Under the pieces are notes generated by a model, which was not told the DNA's origin, ran no database searches, and saw only the letters and a program-made list of their open reading frames with translations. From an uncultured Candidatus Rokubacteria bacterium (lineage in GTDB: Bacteria > Methylomirabilota > Methylomirabilia > Rokubacteriales > CSP1-6), in assembly GCA_963771355.1 (NCBI GenBank), contig CAVYTA010000001.1, positions 1-64,000 on the forward strand: DNA of 64,000 nt, given 5' to 3'. Position numbers and translations under genes: made by a program. Positions 52,235-62,198 of the stretch are shown piece by piece. How positions within the stretch are numbered: the first letter of the stretch is position 1; each line of letters starts with the position of its first letter.

Positions 52235-53147
52235 GTGCGCGATGCCTGGTCGCTGCTGAGCACCACCTTCAGCGACTGGTACGAGGACCGGGCGCAGCGC
52301 ATGGGGGCGGCGCTCGCCTACTACACGATCTTCGCGCTCACGCCCGGCCTCGTCATCGTCATGGCGCTGGCCGGAGTTCTCCTCGGCCCGGGCGCGGAGA
52401 GCCAGATCATCGGCCAGATCCACGAGCTCATCGGGGGGCAAGGGGCGAAGGCGATCGAGGCGACGGTCCGGAGCGCGCGGGCCACTCCGCCGAGCGCCAC
52501 GGAGCTGGCTCTGGTGATCGTCACGCTGGTGTTCGGGCTCTGGGGGGTGTTCGGCGAGCTTCAGGACGGGCTCAACACGATCTGGGGGGTGACGCCGAAG
52601 CCCGGGCGGCGGATACGGGACATCGTGAAGGAGCGGTTCTTGTCCTTCGCCATGGTCGTCGGCACGGGCTTCCTCCTCCTGGTGTCACTCGTCGTGACGG
52701 CCTGGCTCGCCGCGGTCAGCACCTATGTCAGCTATCTCTTGCCGGCGCCGGCCCTGGCGCTCGAGGCGCTGAACACCGGCCTCTCGCTCGTCGTGATCAC
52801 CGGCGCCTTCGCGCGTGATCTTCAAGCTGCTGCCCGACGTGAGGATCGCCTGGCGGGATGTCTGGCTGGGGGCGGCGGTCACCTCGCTTCTGTTCACCGC
52901 CGGCAAGTTCCTCATCGGCCTCTATCTCGGCAAGAGTGCGGTGGCCTCGGCCTACGGCGCCGCCGGCTCTCTGGTCATCATCGTGGTCTGGGTGTACTAC
53001 TCCGCGCAGATCCTGCTCTTCGGCGCCGAGTTCACCAAGGTGTGGACCAAGCGTCGGGGCTCCGGATTCAAGGTGCAGAAGACGGCGAAGCCGGTGACGG
53101 CCGAGGCGCGCGCCGAGCAGGGCCTGGGGCCGAAGCCGAAGAAGTGA
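52235..53147 (+). CDS. YihY/BrkB family membrane protein (frameshift ~52815)
   Basis: GAALAYY.IF, FGELQ..LN.IW, YGAAGSL....WVYYSAQI.LFGAE. Confidence 0.9.
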
Positions 53148-53965
53148 CGGCGCCATTCTCGGCGGACCCCGCTGGCTTCGAGCCCGTCGGATTCCCTCCG
53201 CCGTGGCCGACGCGGCCGTGGATCTACGCGAACGTGATCACGTCGCGGAACGGGATCGTGACGTGGATCCGGGCGGGGGCTCACGACGATCCCGTCCGCG
53301 CGATTGCCGGCGGTGACTTCAGCCGGCCGGGCCGGCGCGCCGACGTCCGGCTCATGCGCCGGCTCCGCGCGGGCGCCGACGCCGTCTCCTTCGGGGCGCA
53401 GACGCTCCGGGACCAGCCGGATCTCATCGGCGCCGCGGATGACGTCGGCGGCGAGCTCGGAGAGGCGCTGATCCGGTTCCGGGCGGAGCAGGGGCGAGGG
53501 CGCGTTCCCCTCCAGGTCATCTACTCCGAGTCGGGCTGGCTCGATCTGTCCGTCCCGCTCTTCAATACCCCCGGGCTCACGGCGATCGTCGTGACGACCA
53601 ATGCCGGCGAGCGTCGTCTTCGCGGGCAACGGAGTGAGGACCGGGGCGTGAACGTCCTGGTGGCCGGCGAGGAACGGGTCGAGTCGGGCGGACTCGTCCA
53701 CGCCCACGAGCGGCTCTTCACCGACTTCGGCGTGCGCTACCTGGACTGCGAGGGCGGGGCGGTGATCCTCGAGGCGCTGCACCGGGCGGGCATCCTGGAC
53801 GAGATCTTCGTCACGGTCACGGACGTGTCCATCGATCCCGCCGCCCACGCGGGAGTCAAGCGCATCACCCCTCTGGATGGCGGCGCGGCCCGCCTGATCG
53901 CGGAAGGCGGGACGCCGTCGGATCCCGGCTACCGCTTCCAGCGGTGGCGCTTCAATGATCGCTAG
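53144..53965 (+). CDS. RibD C-terminal / DHFR-like reductase
   Basis: RPWIYAN...S.NG, LRA.ADAV..GA.T.R, CEGG.......AG..DE. Confidence 0.8.
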   Translation: MTAPFSADPAGFEPVGFPPPWPTRPWIYANVITSRNGIVTWIRAGAHDDPVRAIAGGDFSRPGRRADVRLMRRLRAGADAVSFGAQTLRDQPDLIGAADDVGGELGEALIRFRAEQGRGRVPLQVIYSESGWLDLSVPLFNTPGLTAIVVTTNAGERRLRGQRSEDRGVNVLVAGEERVESGGLVHAHERLFTDFGVRYLDCEGGAVILEALHRAGILDEIFVTVTDVSIDPAAHAGVKRITPLDGGAARLIAEGGTPSDPGYRFQRWRFNDR

Positions 53966-53989
53966 AGTATCGTCATCTCCCGAACCGCC

Positions 53990-55315
53990 ATGAGCCAGCT
54001 CAACTCCAAGAAGCGTGCGAAGCTGCCCAAGAGCGCCTTCGCCTACGTGGATTCGAAGGGACGGAGGCGACTCCCGATCCACGACGAGCCGCACGTGCGA
54101 AACGCGCTGTCGCGCTTCAACCAGGTGGCGTTCGAGGATGAGGCGGCCAGAGAGCGGGCGCGCAAGCGGCTCCTCGAGGCGGCCAAGAAGTACCGGATCG
54201 TGCCCATCGGCTTCATGACCGGCCAGCTGCGTTCTCAGATGAGCGAGGCGGCGGCCGGGCGGCTGGTGATCGAGCTGGGACAGGTCGGCACGCCCGCCGA
54301 GCTCGAGCGGCGGCTGCGCGCGGCCCTCCGTGACCCCTCGCTCTCGGTCTTGCACTGGTCCGAGTCGGCCGGCACCTATCTCGACGGCGCCGGTCGGCCC
54401 GCCGCGCTGCCGGCCGCGCCCGAGGGGCGGGCCGTGACGCTCCTCGAGCATCAGGGTCGCCCGATGACCGCCCTCGTGCACGACCGCGCCGTCCTGGACA
54501 ACCCGGACCTCGTGAAGACCGTGACGGCAGCGGCCAGGATGGCGGTCGAGAACGAGCGGCTGCGCGGCCAGGTCGAGGCCCAGGCCAGCGAAGCGCGGAC
54601 CCTGCCCACCGGCCATGTGACCTTCCTCTTGACCGATATCGAAGGGTCGACGGGCCTCCTCCAGCGACTGGGCGACCGGTACGCCGCCCTCCTCGCCGAG
54701 GTCCGCGCCATCATCCGGAGCAGCGTGCATCGGGCGGAGGGCCGCGAGGTGGACGCTCGCGCGGATGAGTTCTTCGCGGTGTTCGATCGCGCTCCCGCGG
54801 CGCTCGAGGCTGCCCTGGCGATCGAGCGGAGCTTGCAAGGACGGGCCTGGCCCGATGGAGTCGAGGTCAAGGTGCGAGCCGGCATTCATAGCGGGCGTCC
54901 CACGCTGACCGACTCCGGCTACGTCGGTCTGGCCGTGCACACCGTCGCGCGGATCGGCTCGGCGGCTCACGGGGGTCAGATCCTGCTCTCCGCCGCGGCC
55001 CGGGATGCCGTGGGCCGCGCGCGGCCAGCCGGCATACGCTTCCGGGGCCTGGGCTCGCATCGGTTCCGTGGCCTGCGCGAGCCGCAGACCGTCTTCCAGG
55101 TCGAGGCCGCGGACCTGCCGGCCCGCTTCCCGCCGCTGCGTACCCTCGGGGCATCGGTCGGCGAACCCCGCCGGTGGCTCAAAAAGGTCCAGATGCGAGG
55201 CGGCGCCCGAGAGCCGCACGCGAGACGTAGTCTCTCTACGTTGAGCGTGCGGCCGAGGGCGCCAACGACGCAGATGGGCCTTTTTCAGCCGCCGGCTAGC
55301 GTCCCCAGCGCGTAG
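53990..55315 (+). CDS. DUF6582-like domain + GAF-like linker + class III nucleotide cyclase (ORF reads through repeat element)
   Basis: N-term LP.SAFAY....RRLPIHD..HVRNAL.RF.QV; TFLLTDIEGST, AGIHSG, VH.VARI..AAHGGQIL.S. Confidence 0.8.
   Translation: MSQLNSKKRAKLPKSAFAYVDSKGRRRLPIHDEPHVRNALSRFNQVAFEDEAARERARKRLLEAAKKYRIVPIGFMTGQLRSQMSEAAAGRLVIELGQVGTPAELERRLRAALRDPSLSVLHWSESAGTYLDGAGRPAALPAAPEGRAVTLLEHQGRPMTALVHDRAVLDNPDLVKTVTAAARMAVENERLRGQVEAQASEARTLPTGHVTFLLTDIEGSTGLLQRLGDRYAALLAEVRAIIRSSVHRAEGREVDARADEFFAVFDRAPAALEAALAIERSLQGRAWPDGVEVKVRAGIHSGRPTLTDSGYVGLAVHTVARIGSAAHGGQILLSAAARDAVGRARPAGIRFRGLGSHRFRGLREPQTVFQVEAADLPARFPPLRTLGASVGEPRRWLKKVQMRGGAREPHARRSLSTLSVRPRAPTTQMGLFQPPASVPSA
55170..55296. 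mobile_element. 127-bp palindromic MITE/REP-like element
   Basis: 28-bp terminal inverted repeats (23/28) GCCGG(T/C)GGCT(C/G)AAAAAGG..; nested stems ggcgcc, gccgcacgc/gcgtgcggc, acgtag/ctacgt. Confidence 0.75.
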
Positions 55316-55581
55316 CCGGCCGCGCCCCCGATCAGGCAGAACAGGAGCGAGCGGGTCGGGCTGAGCAACAGCGCGCCCAGGGCGGCCCAGAGGATGGGGC
55401 CGTCGACCAGCGCGCGATCGCCGGTCACCAGGGTCGCGGTCGCGAGCCCCGCGAAGATCGGGGCCGGCATGCGCGCCAGGATCGCCTCGAAGCGCGCCCC
55501 GGCCCGCGGCAGCAGGGCCAGCGAGACCGCGCGGCTGCCGTAGGTGATCGCGGCGATGATCCCGAGCACCAGCGCGCTCAT
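55285..55581 (-). CDS. AzlD-like small membrane protein
   Basis: Hydrophobic 98 aa, coupled to AzlC; TY..R, P..IFA.L. Confidence 0.7.
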   Translation of the reverse strand: MSALVLGIIAAITYGSRAVSLALLPRAGARFEAILARMPAPIFAGLATATLVTGDRALVDGPILWAALGALLLSPTRSLLFCLIGGAAGYALGTLAGG

Positions 55582-56261
55582 CGCTCGCCTCCGGGTAGGG
55601 CCACGAGCACCGCGGCGACGACGGGGGCGAGGACGCGCAGGTCGGGCCAGGCGAAGGCGACCGCCGCCGTGAGCAGGGCGGCGGCCAGGGCGCGCACGGC
55701 GTGGGAGCGGCGGGTCACCGCCAGCGAGGCCAGCCCGATGAAGAGGACGGGGAAGATCGCGCCCGCCACCTTCTCGACGCCCGCGAGCCCCACTCCCAGC
55801 ACACCGATCAGAGTGCCCACCTGCCAGGCGAGGTAGCAGGCGACGCCCGAGATCAGGAACGTGCGCTCGATCGCCGCCCCCGCGGGCACCCCGGCGCGCT
55901 CGGCGGCGTGGCCCGCGGCGACGGCGAATCCAAAGGTCTCGTCGACGAGAAAGAAGGCCAGGGCCGCCCGGCGCAGCCGCGAGCCTTCGATGCGCGGCCG
56001 GAGGACCGCGCCGAGCACCAGGTGACGGAGGTTCAGCACGATGGCGATCAGCACGAGCGGCAGGATCGTGGCGCCCGCGCTCAGCAAGGCCAGGAGCGCG
56101 AACTGCAGCGCGCCGGAGAAGATGAGCGCCGAGGACGCCAGCGTCAGCGGCACGCCCATGACGGCGCGGGCGGCGGCCCCGTAGAGGGTGCCGAAGACAA
56201 GGATGGCGGCCGCCGCGGGCAGGCACGTCACCAGGATGGCGCGAGTGCCCGGCGCCTTCAC
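55578..56261 (-). CDS. AzlC-family branched-chain amino acid exporter
   Basis: FSGALQF, LNLRH, VDETF, W..GT..G. Confidence 0.88.
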   Translation of the reverse strand: MKAPGTRAILVTCLPAAAAILVFGTLYGAAARAVMGVPLTLASSALIFSGALQFALLALLSAGATILPLVLIAIVLNLRHLVLGAVLRPRIEGSRLRRAALAFFLVDETFGFAVAAGHAAERAGVPAGAAIERTFLISGVACYLAWQVGTLIGVLGVGLAGVEKVAGAIFPVLFIGLASLAVTRRSHAVRALAAALLTAAVAFAWPDLRVLAPVVAAVLVALPGGER

Positions 56262-56472
56262 GCGCGGCGCCCGGCGCGGTACAAGGCCTCCTTGATAGCT
56301 GGCGGGCACCCATCGGCATCGACCCGGATCGGCAAGGCGGTTCCCATTGTAGAGCCAAGGCCAGGCACTTTTTCGCTCGAATCACTTCGGCGCCTGTCAT
56401 ACTCCGCGCGTACGATACGATCGCCACGCGAAAACGTTCGATGCTGTCGTTATCGGGCGAAGAGGAGCAGCC

Positions 56473-57546
56473 GTGGCACGCTACGCCGTCGCGCTAGGGG
56501 CCATCGCCCTCGTTGCGCTCACAACCGTCGATCCCTCGCCCGCCGGCGATCTGGGCGACGAGGCCTTCGGCCTGAGACTAGGCCTGGCCCTGGACCGCGC
56601 CTCCACCTTCACGGATGTCACCGCGTTGTCCGCCTCCACCGCGTATCCCTACCTTTCGTCGGTGAACCCGGCGGCGGGCGATTTTCTACGGGAGCCTCCC
56701 AACCAGTTCCGGGTGATCGGGACGCTCACCGGGGCCTATGTGGCGTTCAACAACGGCAGCTCGATCATCGCGGGGGCCGCGAGCGCCACCTACCGCCTGC
56801 CGTCTGCCGGCACCATCCTCGCGTCCTACACGCGGGTCGACTCCCAGGACGTGGAGAGCCATCAGGGGGACCACTTCACCCTGCGCTCGAACGAGCTGCG
56901 CCTCACCTACAGCCACTTGCTCGATACGTGGATCGCGGTCGGGGGCGCGGTTCGTTTGAGCCAATCGAGGCTGGGCTTCTCGAGTCTCTTCTCCGACTTT
57001 CCCCTCCATACGGAAACAGAATCCCTCGGCGTCGAAGGCAGCCTCGGGGTCCTGGTGGCCCCCCACCGGCATTGGCTGATCGGTCTTCAGGTGGCTCTGG
57101 GGTGGACTCGTGGAGAGACGACCGGATTCATAGACTTCCCTCCGGAGCCGTTCGGTCCCGGCCTCACGTCCATTGACTTCAGGGACAACACGCGCTCGCT
57201 GAACATTCGCGGAGGAGTCGGCTGGCGACCATCCGAGAAGTTCGGCGCCTACGCCGATTGGCAGTATTTCCGCCTCAGGAACGAACGGTTCGGATCGAGC
57301 GACGACAGCGCGGAGGTCGGTCGCATGTTCGCCGGGGTCGAATACCTGCCCCTCCAGGTCGTCGCGCTGCGGCTGGGGGGCACCGCCGACACCGACGGCC
57401 AGTTCACCGTGAGCACGGGAGTCGGGTTCTATCCCACCAAGTACTTCCAGGCCGAGCTGGCGTACGTCTACAACGCGTTCCCGGAGATCCGGAAAGAGTT
57501 CGGTCGCGCCCATCTGGTCAGCCTCTCGCTCGCGTTCGTCTTCTAG
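56473..57546 (+). CDS. Putative outer-membrane beta-barrel protein
   Basis: Signal peptide, amphipathic strands, terminal ..SLAFVF. Confidence 0.7.
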   Translation: MARYAVALGAIALVALTTVDPSPAGDLGDEAFGLRLGLALDRASTFTDVTALSASTAYPYLSSVNPAAGDFLREPPNQFRVIGTLTGAYVAFNNGSSIIAGAASATYRLPSAGTILASYTRVDSQDVESHQGDHFTLRSNELRLTYSHLLDTWIAVGGAVRLSQSRLGFSSLFSDFPLHTETESLGVEGSLGVLVAPHRHWLIGLQVALGWTRGETTGFIDFPPEPFGPGLTSIDFRDNTRSLNIRGGVGWRPSEKFGAYADWQYFRLRNERFGSSDDSAEVGRMFAGVEYLPLQVVALRLGGTADTDGQFTVSTGVGFYPTKYFQAELAYVYNAFPEIRKEFGRAHLVSLSLAFVF

Positions 57547-57570
57547 CGCGCTCCTTGGCCGAGGTGAACC

Positions 57571-58857
57571 ATGACGAATCGCGCCTTCCGAGAGACCCGA
57601 GAGCAGGTAGCGGAATCGATCCGAGGGACGCTCGCGCGTGAGTCTCGAGGATTCGAGCTGCGCCTGGCCTACGTCCGCGTGGCCGCTCTCGCCGCCGTGC
57701 TGTGCCTGAACACCGCGTCGATCCGCTGGCCGTGGCTGCAGGGTCTCGACCGTCTTCCGCCAATCAACGCGCTCACGGACGCCGCCATGCTGGCGGTGGC
57801 CATCACCATCCTGTTCCTCCTTCGGCGCGGATGGTACCCCCCGGGCATCACCGCGCTCTTGCCTGCCGTCGACGCCACCTTCATCTTTTGCGCGTACGGC
57901 ACCGTGCTGGCCACCGCCGAGCCGACTCTGTTTGGCATCGGGATGGAGGATGTCGCCGTGTACTGTGCCCTGGTGGCGTTGTCCGGGGGGCTCCGGCTCT
58001 GGCCGGTCTCCGCCGCCTTCAGCACCGCGGCGGCCCTACTCGCCCTCGTCGCCTTGGCCACGGCGAGCGGCAATTCGCTTGGTCTGCATGCCCAGACGCT
58101 GATCGCGATCGCCATCGCCGGTCTATTCGGATACCGACTCACGACCATCGTGCGGACCTCGCTCGACGGCGAAGTCAGTCGAACGATTTTCCGGCGCTTC
58201 TTGCCGGAACACCTCGTCGAGCAGGCCCGGCGGGATCCTCTCGGCGCCATCGGTGAAGCGAGCGTCCTTGACGCCACGGTGCTTTTCACCGACCTCCGCA
58301 ATTTCACCGGGCTCGTCGAGTTGATGCCGCCCAGCCAGGTACTGGACTATCTGAACGAGGTGCAAGGGCTCCTGGCCGATATCGTCACCAAGCACGGCGG
58401 CACCGTTGACAAGTTCATGGGCGACGGCATGCTCGCGGTCTTTGGCGCCCCGCGACGCGTGGCCGATCATGCGCAGCTCGGGATCGCCGCGGCCACCGAG
58501 ATCATATCGTCGGTCGCGGCGCTCAACCGTGAGCGCCGGGGGCGCGGGGAGGCGGCCGCCGAGATCGGCCTGGGCGTGCATACCGGCAGCGTGATCGCGG
58601 GATGCGTCGGGAGTGGAGCGCGGCTTGAATTCACCGTCCTCGGCGATGCGGTCAACGCGACCTCCCGGCTCGAGGGGCTGACCAGGGAGATGGGCGTCAC
58701 GGCGCTGGTGAGTGAGGAGACGGTCAGGCGCGCGTGGAGTGAGACGCGGGGGGTGCGCGCCTCCATTCTGGGGCGATTGACCCGCCGTGGAGAAGTATCG
58801 ATCCGGGGACGCATCGCTCCGCTGTCCGTGTATTCGCTCGAGGGGGTAGCGGCATGA
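57571..58857 (+). CDS. Membrane-bound class III adenylate cyclase
   Basis: Several N-terminal TM segments; VLFTDLRNFT, DKFMGDG, EFTVLGDAVN..SRLE. Confidence 0.9.
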   Translation: MTNRAFRETREQVAESIRGTLARESRGFELRLAYVRVAALAAVLCLNTASIRWPWLQGLDRLPPINALTDAAMLAVAITILFLLRRGWYPPGITALLPAVDATFIFCAYGTVLATAEPTLFGIGMEDVAVYCALVALSGGLRLWPVSAAFSTAAALLALVALATASGNSLGLHAQTLIAIAIAGLFGYRLTTIVRTSLDGEVSRTIFRRFLPEHLVEQARRDPLGAIGEASVLDATVLFTDLRNFTGLVELMPPSQVLDYLNEVQGLLADIVTKHGGTVDKFMGDGMLAVFGAPRRVADHAQLGIAAATEIISSVAALNRERRGRGEAAAEIGLGVHTGSVIAGCVGSGARLEFTVLGDAVNATSRLEGLTREMGVTALVSEETVRRAWSETRGVRASILGRLTRRGEVSIRGRIAPLSVYSLEGVAA

Positions 58858-60117
58858 TCGTGTTCACTGGCGCCACGCTGATCGATGGCACCGGCGCCGC
58901 GCCGGTGGCCGATGCCGCCCTCGTCATCGAGGGGGAGCGGATCGTGGCCGCGGGCCCACGTTCGAGCCTGTCCTGGCCCGGGGACGCCGAGGTCGTCGAC
59001 GTGCGCGGGAAGACGATCATCCCCGGCCTCATCGACGCCCACGACCACCTGGCCTCGCACGGCTATGCCCTGGCCACGCGCTTCGGGCTCGACGAGCCGG
59101 CCAGCACGGCGCACCTCCGCACGGCGCGGGTGCTGGCGGAGACGCTCGGCATGGGCTACACCACGGTCCGCGACGGCGGCGGCCTCGATACCGGCTTCAA
59201 GCTCGCCATCGAGCAGGGGCTCATCGCCGGCCCGCGCCTGGTGCTGGGACTCCAGATCGTCTCGCCCACGGGCGGCATCGGCGATCGCGTGAGTCCCTCG
59301 GGCCACGGCCCCTCCAGCCATGGCTGCTGCGGAGGCTATGACCCGCTGCTGCCGCGCAGCATCGCGAACGGGCCGGGGGAGGTGCGCGAGGTGATCCGCA
59401 CCATGGTCCGCGCGGGCGCCGACGTGATCAAGACCGCCACCACGGGCGGCGCGAGCTCGCGCGCCGGCCACGGGCCGCGGGACGCCGCCTTCACGGCAGA
59501 AGAGATGCAGGCGCTGGTGGCGGAGTCGCACGCGCAGGGGCGGCGGGTGATGTGCCACGCGCTCGGGGGCCCTGGGCTCCGCACCGCGCTCATGGCGGGC
59601 GTGGATTCGATCGAGCACGGCTGCTACCTCGACGAGGAGCCGGAGCTGATGGCGCGGATGGCGGCGCGAGGGCATCTTCTTCGTGCCCACGCTCACCGTC
59701 TATGTCTACCACCGGCAGAGCGCCACGCCCCACGTGCGCGCGCGGGCGGAGGACCTCCACGCGCATCACCTGGCCAGCATCAAGCGGGCGCTCGACCTGG
59801 GCGTGCCCATCGCCGCGGGCACCGACGCGGGCGGGCATGGCCATCCGAAGAACGCGCTCGAGCTGCGGTATCTCGTGGAGGCGGGGCTCACCCCGATGCA
59901 GGCGCTTCGCGCCGCCACCCAGTGGGCGGCGCGGTGCCTGGGCCTCGAGCGCGAGCTCGGGACGCTCGAGAAGGGACGGCTGGCCGACCTTGTAGTGGTG
60001 GATGGCAACCCGCTGGACGACGTGACGCGGCTCCTCGACGCGGCGCGGATCGAGCTGGTGATCAAGGGCGGCGCGGTGTGCGTCGATCGGCGGGCGCAGC
60101 GCGCCAGGGGAGATTGA
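58854..60117 (+). CDS. Metal-dependent amidohydrolase (frameshift ~59670)
   Basis: PGLIDAHDH, GADVIK, SIEHG, AGTDAG, G.LADL.V...NPL. Confidence 0.9.
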
Positions 60118-60183
60118 CACCGTTCCGGCCCTCGCCCAGACTTGGGGTGGGCGAACACTCACAGCGTCGAGAGGAGGGCTTCC

Positions 60184-60360
60184 ATGGCGAAGGTACTCGC
60201 GTGCGGTGACTTGATGCCGGGCTGCAAGGCCGTACTGGAAGGAAAGGACGAGGCCGAGGTGATGGCCAAGGGCGTGGAGCACGCCAGGCTGGCGCACAAC
60301 CTGACGGCGATCCCGCCCGAGATGGCGGCCAAGGTCAAGGCGGCCATCAAGGAAAAGTAG
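60184..60360 (+). CDS. DUF1059-family small metal-binding protein
   Basis: C.D..PGC.....G.DE.EV......HA...H. Confidence 0.85.
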   Translation: MAKVLACGDLMPGCKAVLEGKDEAEVMAKGVEHARLAHNLTAIPPEMAAKVKAAIKEK

Positions 60361-60394
60361 TTCCTCCGATCTCAACCCGCGGGGGGTGTCACTC

Positions 60395-60426
60395 ACGGGC
60401 GCCGAGAAAACAATCTCGGCGCCCGT
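60395..60426. terminator. 13-bp stem hairpin
   Basis: acgggcgccgaga-aaacaa-tctcggcgcccgt. Confidence 0.55.
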
Positions 60427-60492
60427 CGCGTTCACTATCGGTGACGCCACTGATCGTCGACTTGAGGCGCTCGCGTAGCTTACGCTCGAGGT

Positions 60493-61026
60493 ATGGGCCC
60501 GGGGGACTGGCTGCAGGAGCAGCTCTTCAAGCGCCGGATCGTACCGGTCACGGGCCGGCTGGATCATGACGTCGCCGCGAAGGCGGCCGCGTCGCTGACG
60601 GCGCTGGACGCCGATAGTGACCGGCAGATCGAGCTCCACCTGGACTGCCCCGACGGCGCGCTGGAGGCGGCGTTCGTCCTCATCGACGCGGTCACTGCCC
60701 TCCGGGCGCCGCTGCAGGTCCGGTGCCGCGCCCAGGTGGGCGGCCCGGTCGTCGGCGTGGTCGCGGCGGCGGACCACCGCGCCGCTGCCCCGCACGCGCG
60801 GTTTCATCTCTCGCAGCCGACGGCACGCTTCGCGGGCACCCCCAACGAGATCGCGACGCGGAGCCGGCAGCAACAGGACCTGCTCTGGCAGCTTTATGCG
60901 CTGCTCGCGCGGCGCACCAGCCGGCCCGCCGAGGAGATCGCGGAGGACATGCGGCGCGGGCGCTACCTCAACGCCCGGGAAGCGCTTGAATACGGACTGA
61001 TCGACGAGATCAGCGGCGCCACCTAG
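60493..61026 (+). CDS. ClpP-fold protein lacking catalytic residues
   Basis: RRIV...G.LD, I.L.LD.P.G, PHARF.LSQP, EEI..D....YL.A.EALEYGLIDEI. Confidence 0.8.
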   Translation: MGPGDWLQEQLFKRRIVPVTGRLDHDVAAKAAASLTALDADSDRQIELHLDCPDGALEAAFVLIDAVTALRAPLQVRCRAQVGGPVVGVVAAADHRAAAPHARFHLSQPTARFAGTPNEIATRSRQQQDLLWQLYALLARRTSRPAEEIAEDMRRGRYLNAREALEYGLIDEISGAT

Positions 61027-61063
61027 GGCGCGCGCAGGAAGCGGTGGGCGCGCCCCTCCCAGT

Positions 61064-61093
61064 TTGACAAGGGCGCGGACGGCAGCCTAGCAT
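61064..61093 (+). promoter_or_regulatory. Sigma-70-like promoter
   Basis: TTGACA-18 nt-TAGCAT upstream of the dioxygenase. Confidence 0.5.
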
Positions 61094-61145
61094 CGGGCCA
61101 AGCGCTCGCACGCCGGCCGCTCCGGACCCAGGGAGGTGGCACCTG

Positions 61146-62198
61146 ATGACCGAGATCCTCGGCTTGGGCATGACGCATTACCCGCCCCTCATCGGCCATG
61201 ACCGCGACATGGCCGGCATCCTGCGCACCATCCTGAAGGATCCGGGCCTGCCCGAGCGCTACCGCGATCCCGCGGGCTGGCCGGAGCCGATGCGGCGCGA
61301 GTATGGCGCCGACGGCGGCACCGCGGCGGCGGCCGCGCATCGGGCCAGCCTGCTCCAGCACTTCCGCCACGCGCGGAAGCTTCTCGACGAGTTCCGGCCC
61401 GAGGTGGTCGTCATCTGGGGTGACGACCAGCACGAGAACTTCACCGAGGACATCATCCCGCCCTTCTGCGTGCTGGCCTACGACCAGATCGAGGCGCGGC
61501 ACCGGACGCGCGACGCCGGGAACAATGTCTGGGGTGAGACCGAGGACACGACGATCCGGCTGCCGGGGCATCGAGAGGCCGGCAAGTTCCTCGCGCGGCG
61601 GCTCCTCGAGCAGGACATCGACGTGTCCTACGCCTACACGCCGCTGCACCATCCCGGGCTCGCGCATGCCTTCCTCAACACCATCCTGTACCTCGATTAC
61701 GACCGCGTGGGCTTCAACTATCCGGTGGTCGCCTTCCAGGTGAACTGCTACGGCCGGCGCGTGATCGCCCAGCGCGGCTTTCGCGCGAGCCTCGTCAACC
61801 CGCTCGCCGACGCCGAGCTCGACCCGCCCTCGCCGTCGCCCAAGCGGTGCATGGAGGCGGGCGCGGCGGTGGCGCGCGCGATGCGGGAGAGCCCGTGGCG
61901 CACGGCGCTGATCGCGTCCTCGAGCTGGTCGCACGCATTTCTCACCGACAAGAACTACCAGCTCTACCCCGACATCGAGGCGGATCGGCGCCTCTACGAG
62001 GCGCTCCGCCGCGGCGACTACGACGCCTGGCGCGCCACGCCGCTCGCGGACATCGAGGCCTCCGGCCAGCAGGAGATGCTCAACTGGTACATGCTCGCGG
62101 GCGCCATGGAGGCGCTCGGTCGCAAGCCCGACGAGTGCGACTTCATCGAGACGTGGATCTTCAACTCCAACAAGTGTTTCGCGGTGTTCAAGCCATGA
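61146..62198 (+). CDS. Class III (LigB-like) extradiol ring-cleavage dioxygenase
   Basis: G.THYP, GDDQHENF, L.HAF, ASSSWSH, GQQE.LNW. Confidence 0.85.
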   Translation: MTEILGLGMTHYPPLIGHDRDMAGILRTILKDPGLPERYRDPAGWPEPMRREYGADGGTAAAAAHRASLLQHFRHARKLLDEFRPEVVVIWGDDQHENFTEDIIPPFCVLAYDQIEARHRTRDAGNNVWGETEDTTIRLPGHREAGKFLARRLLEQDIDVSYAYTPLHHPGLAHAFLNTILYLDYDRVGFNYPVVAFQVNCYGRRVIAQRGFRASLVNPLADAELDPPSPSPKRCMEAGAAVARAMRESPWRTALIASSSWSHAFLTDKNYQLYPDIEADRRLYEALRRGDYDAWRATPLADIEASGQQEMLNWYMLAGAMEALGRKPDECDFIETWIFNSNKCFAVFKP

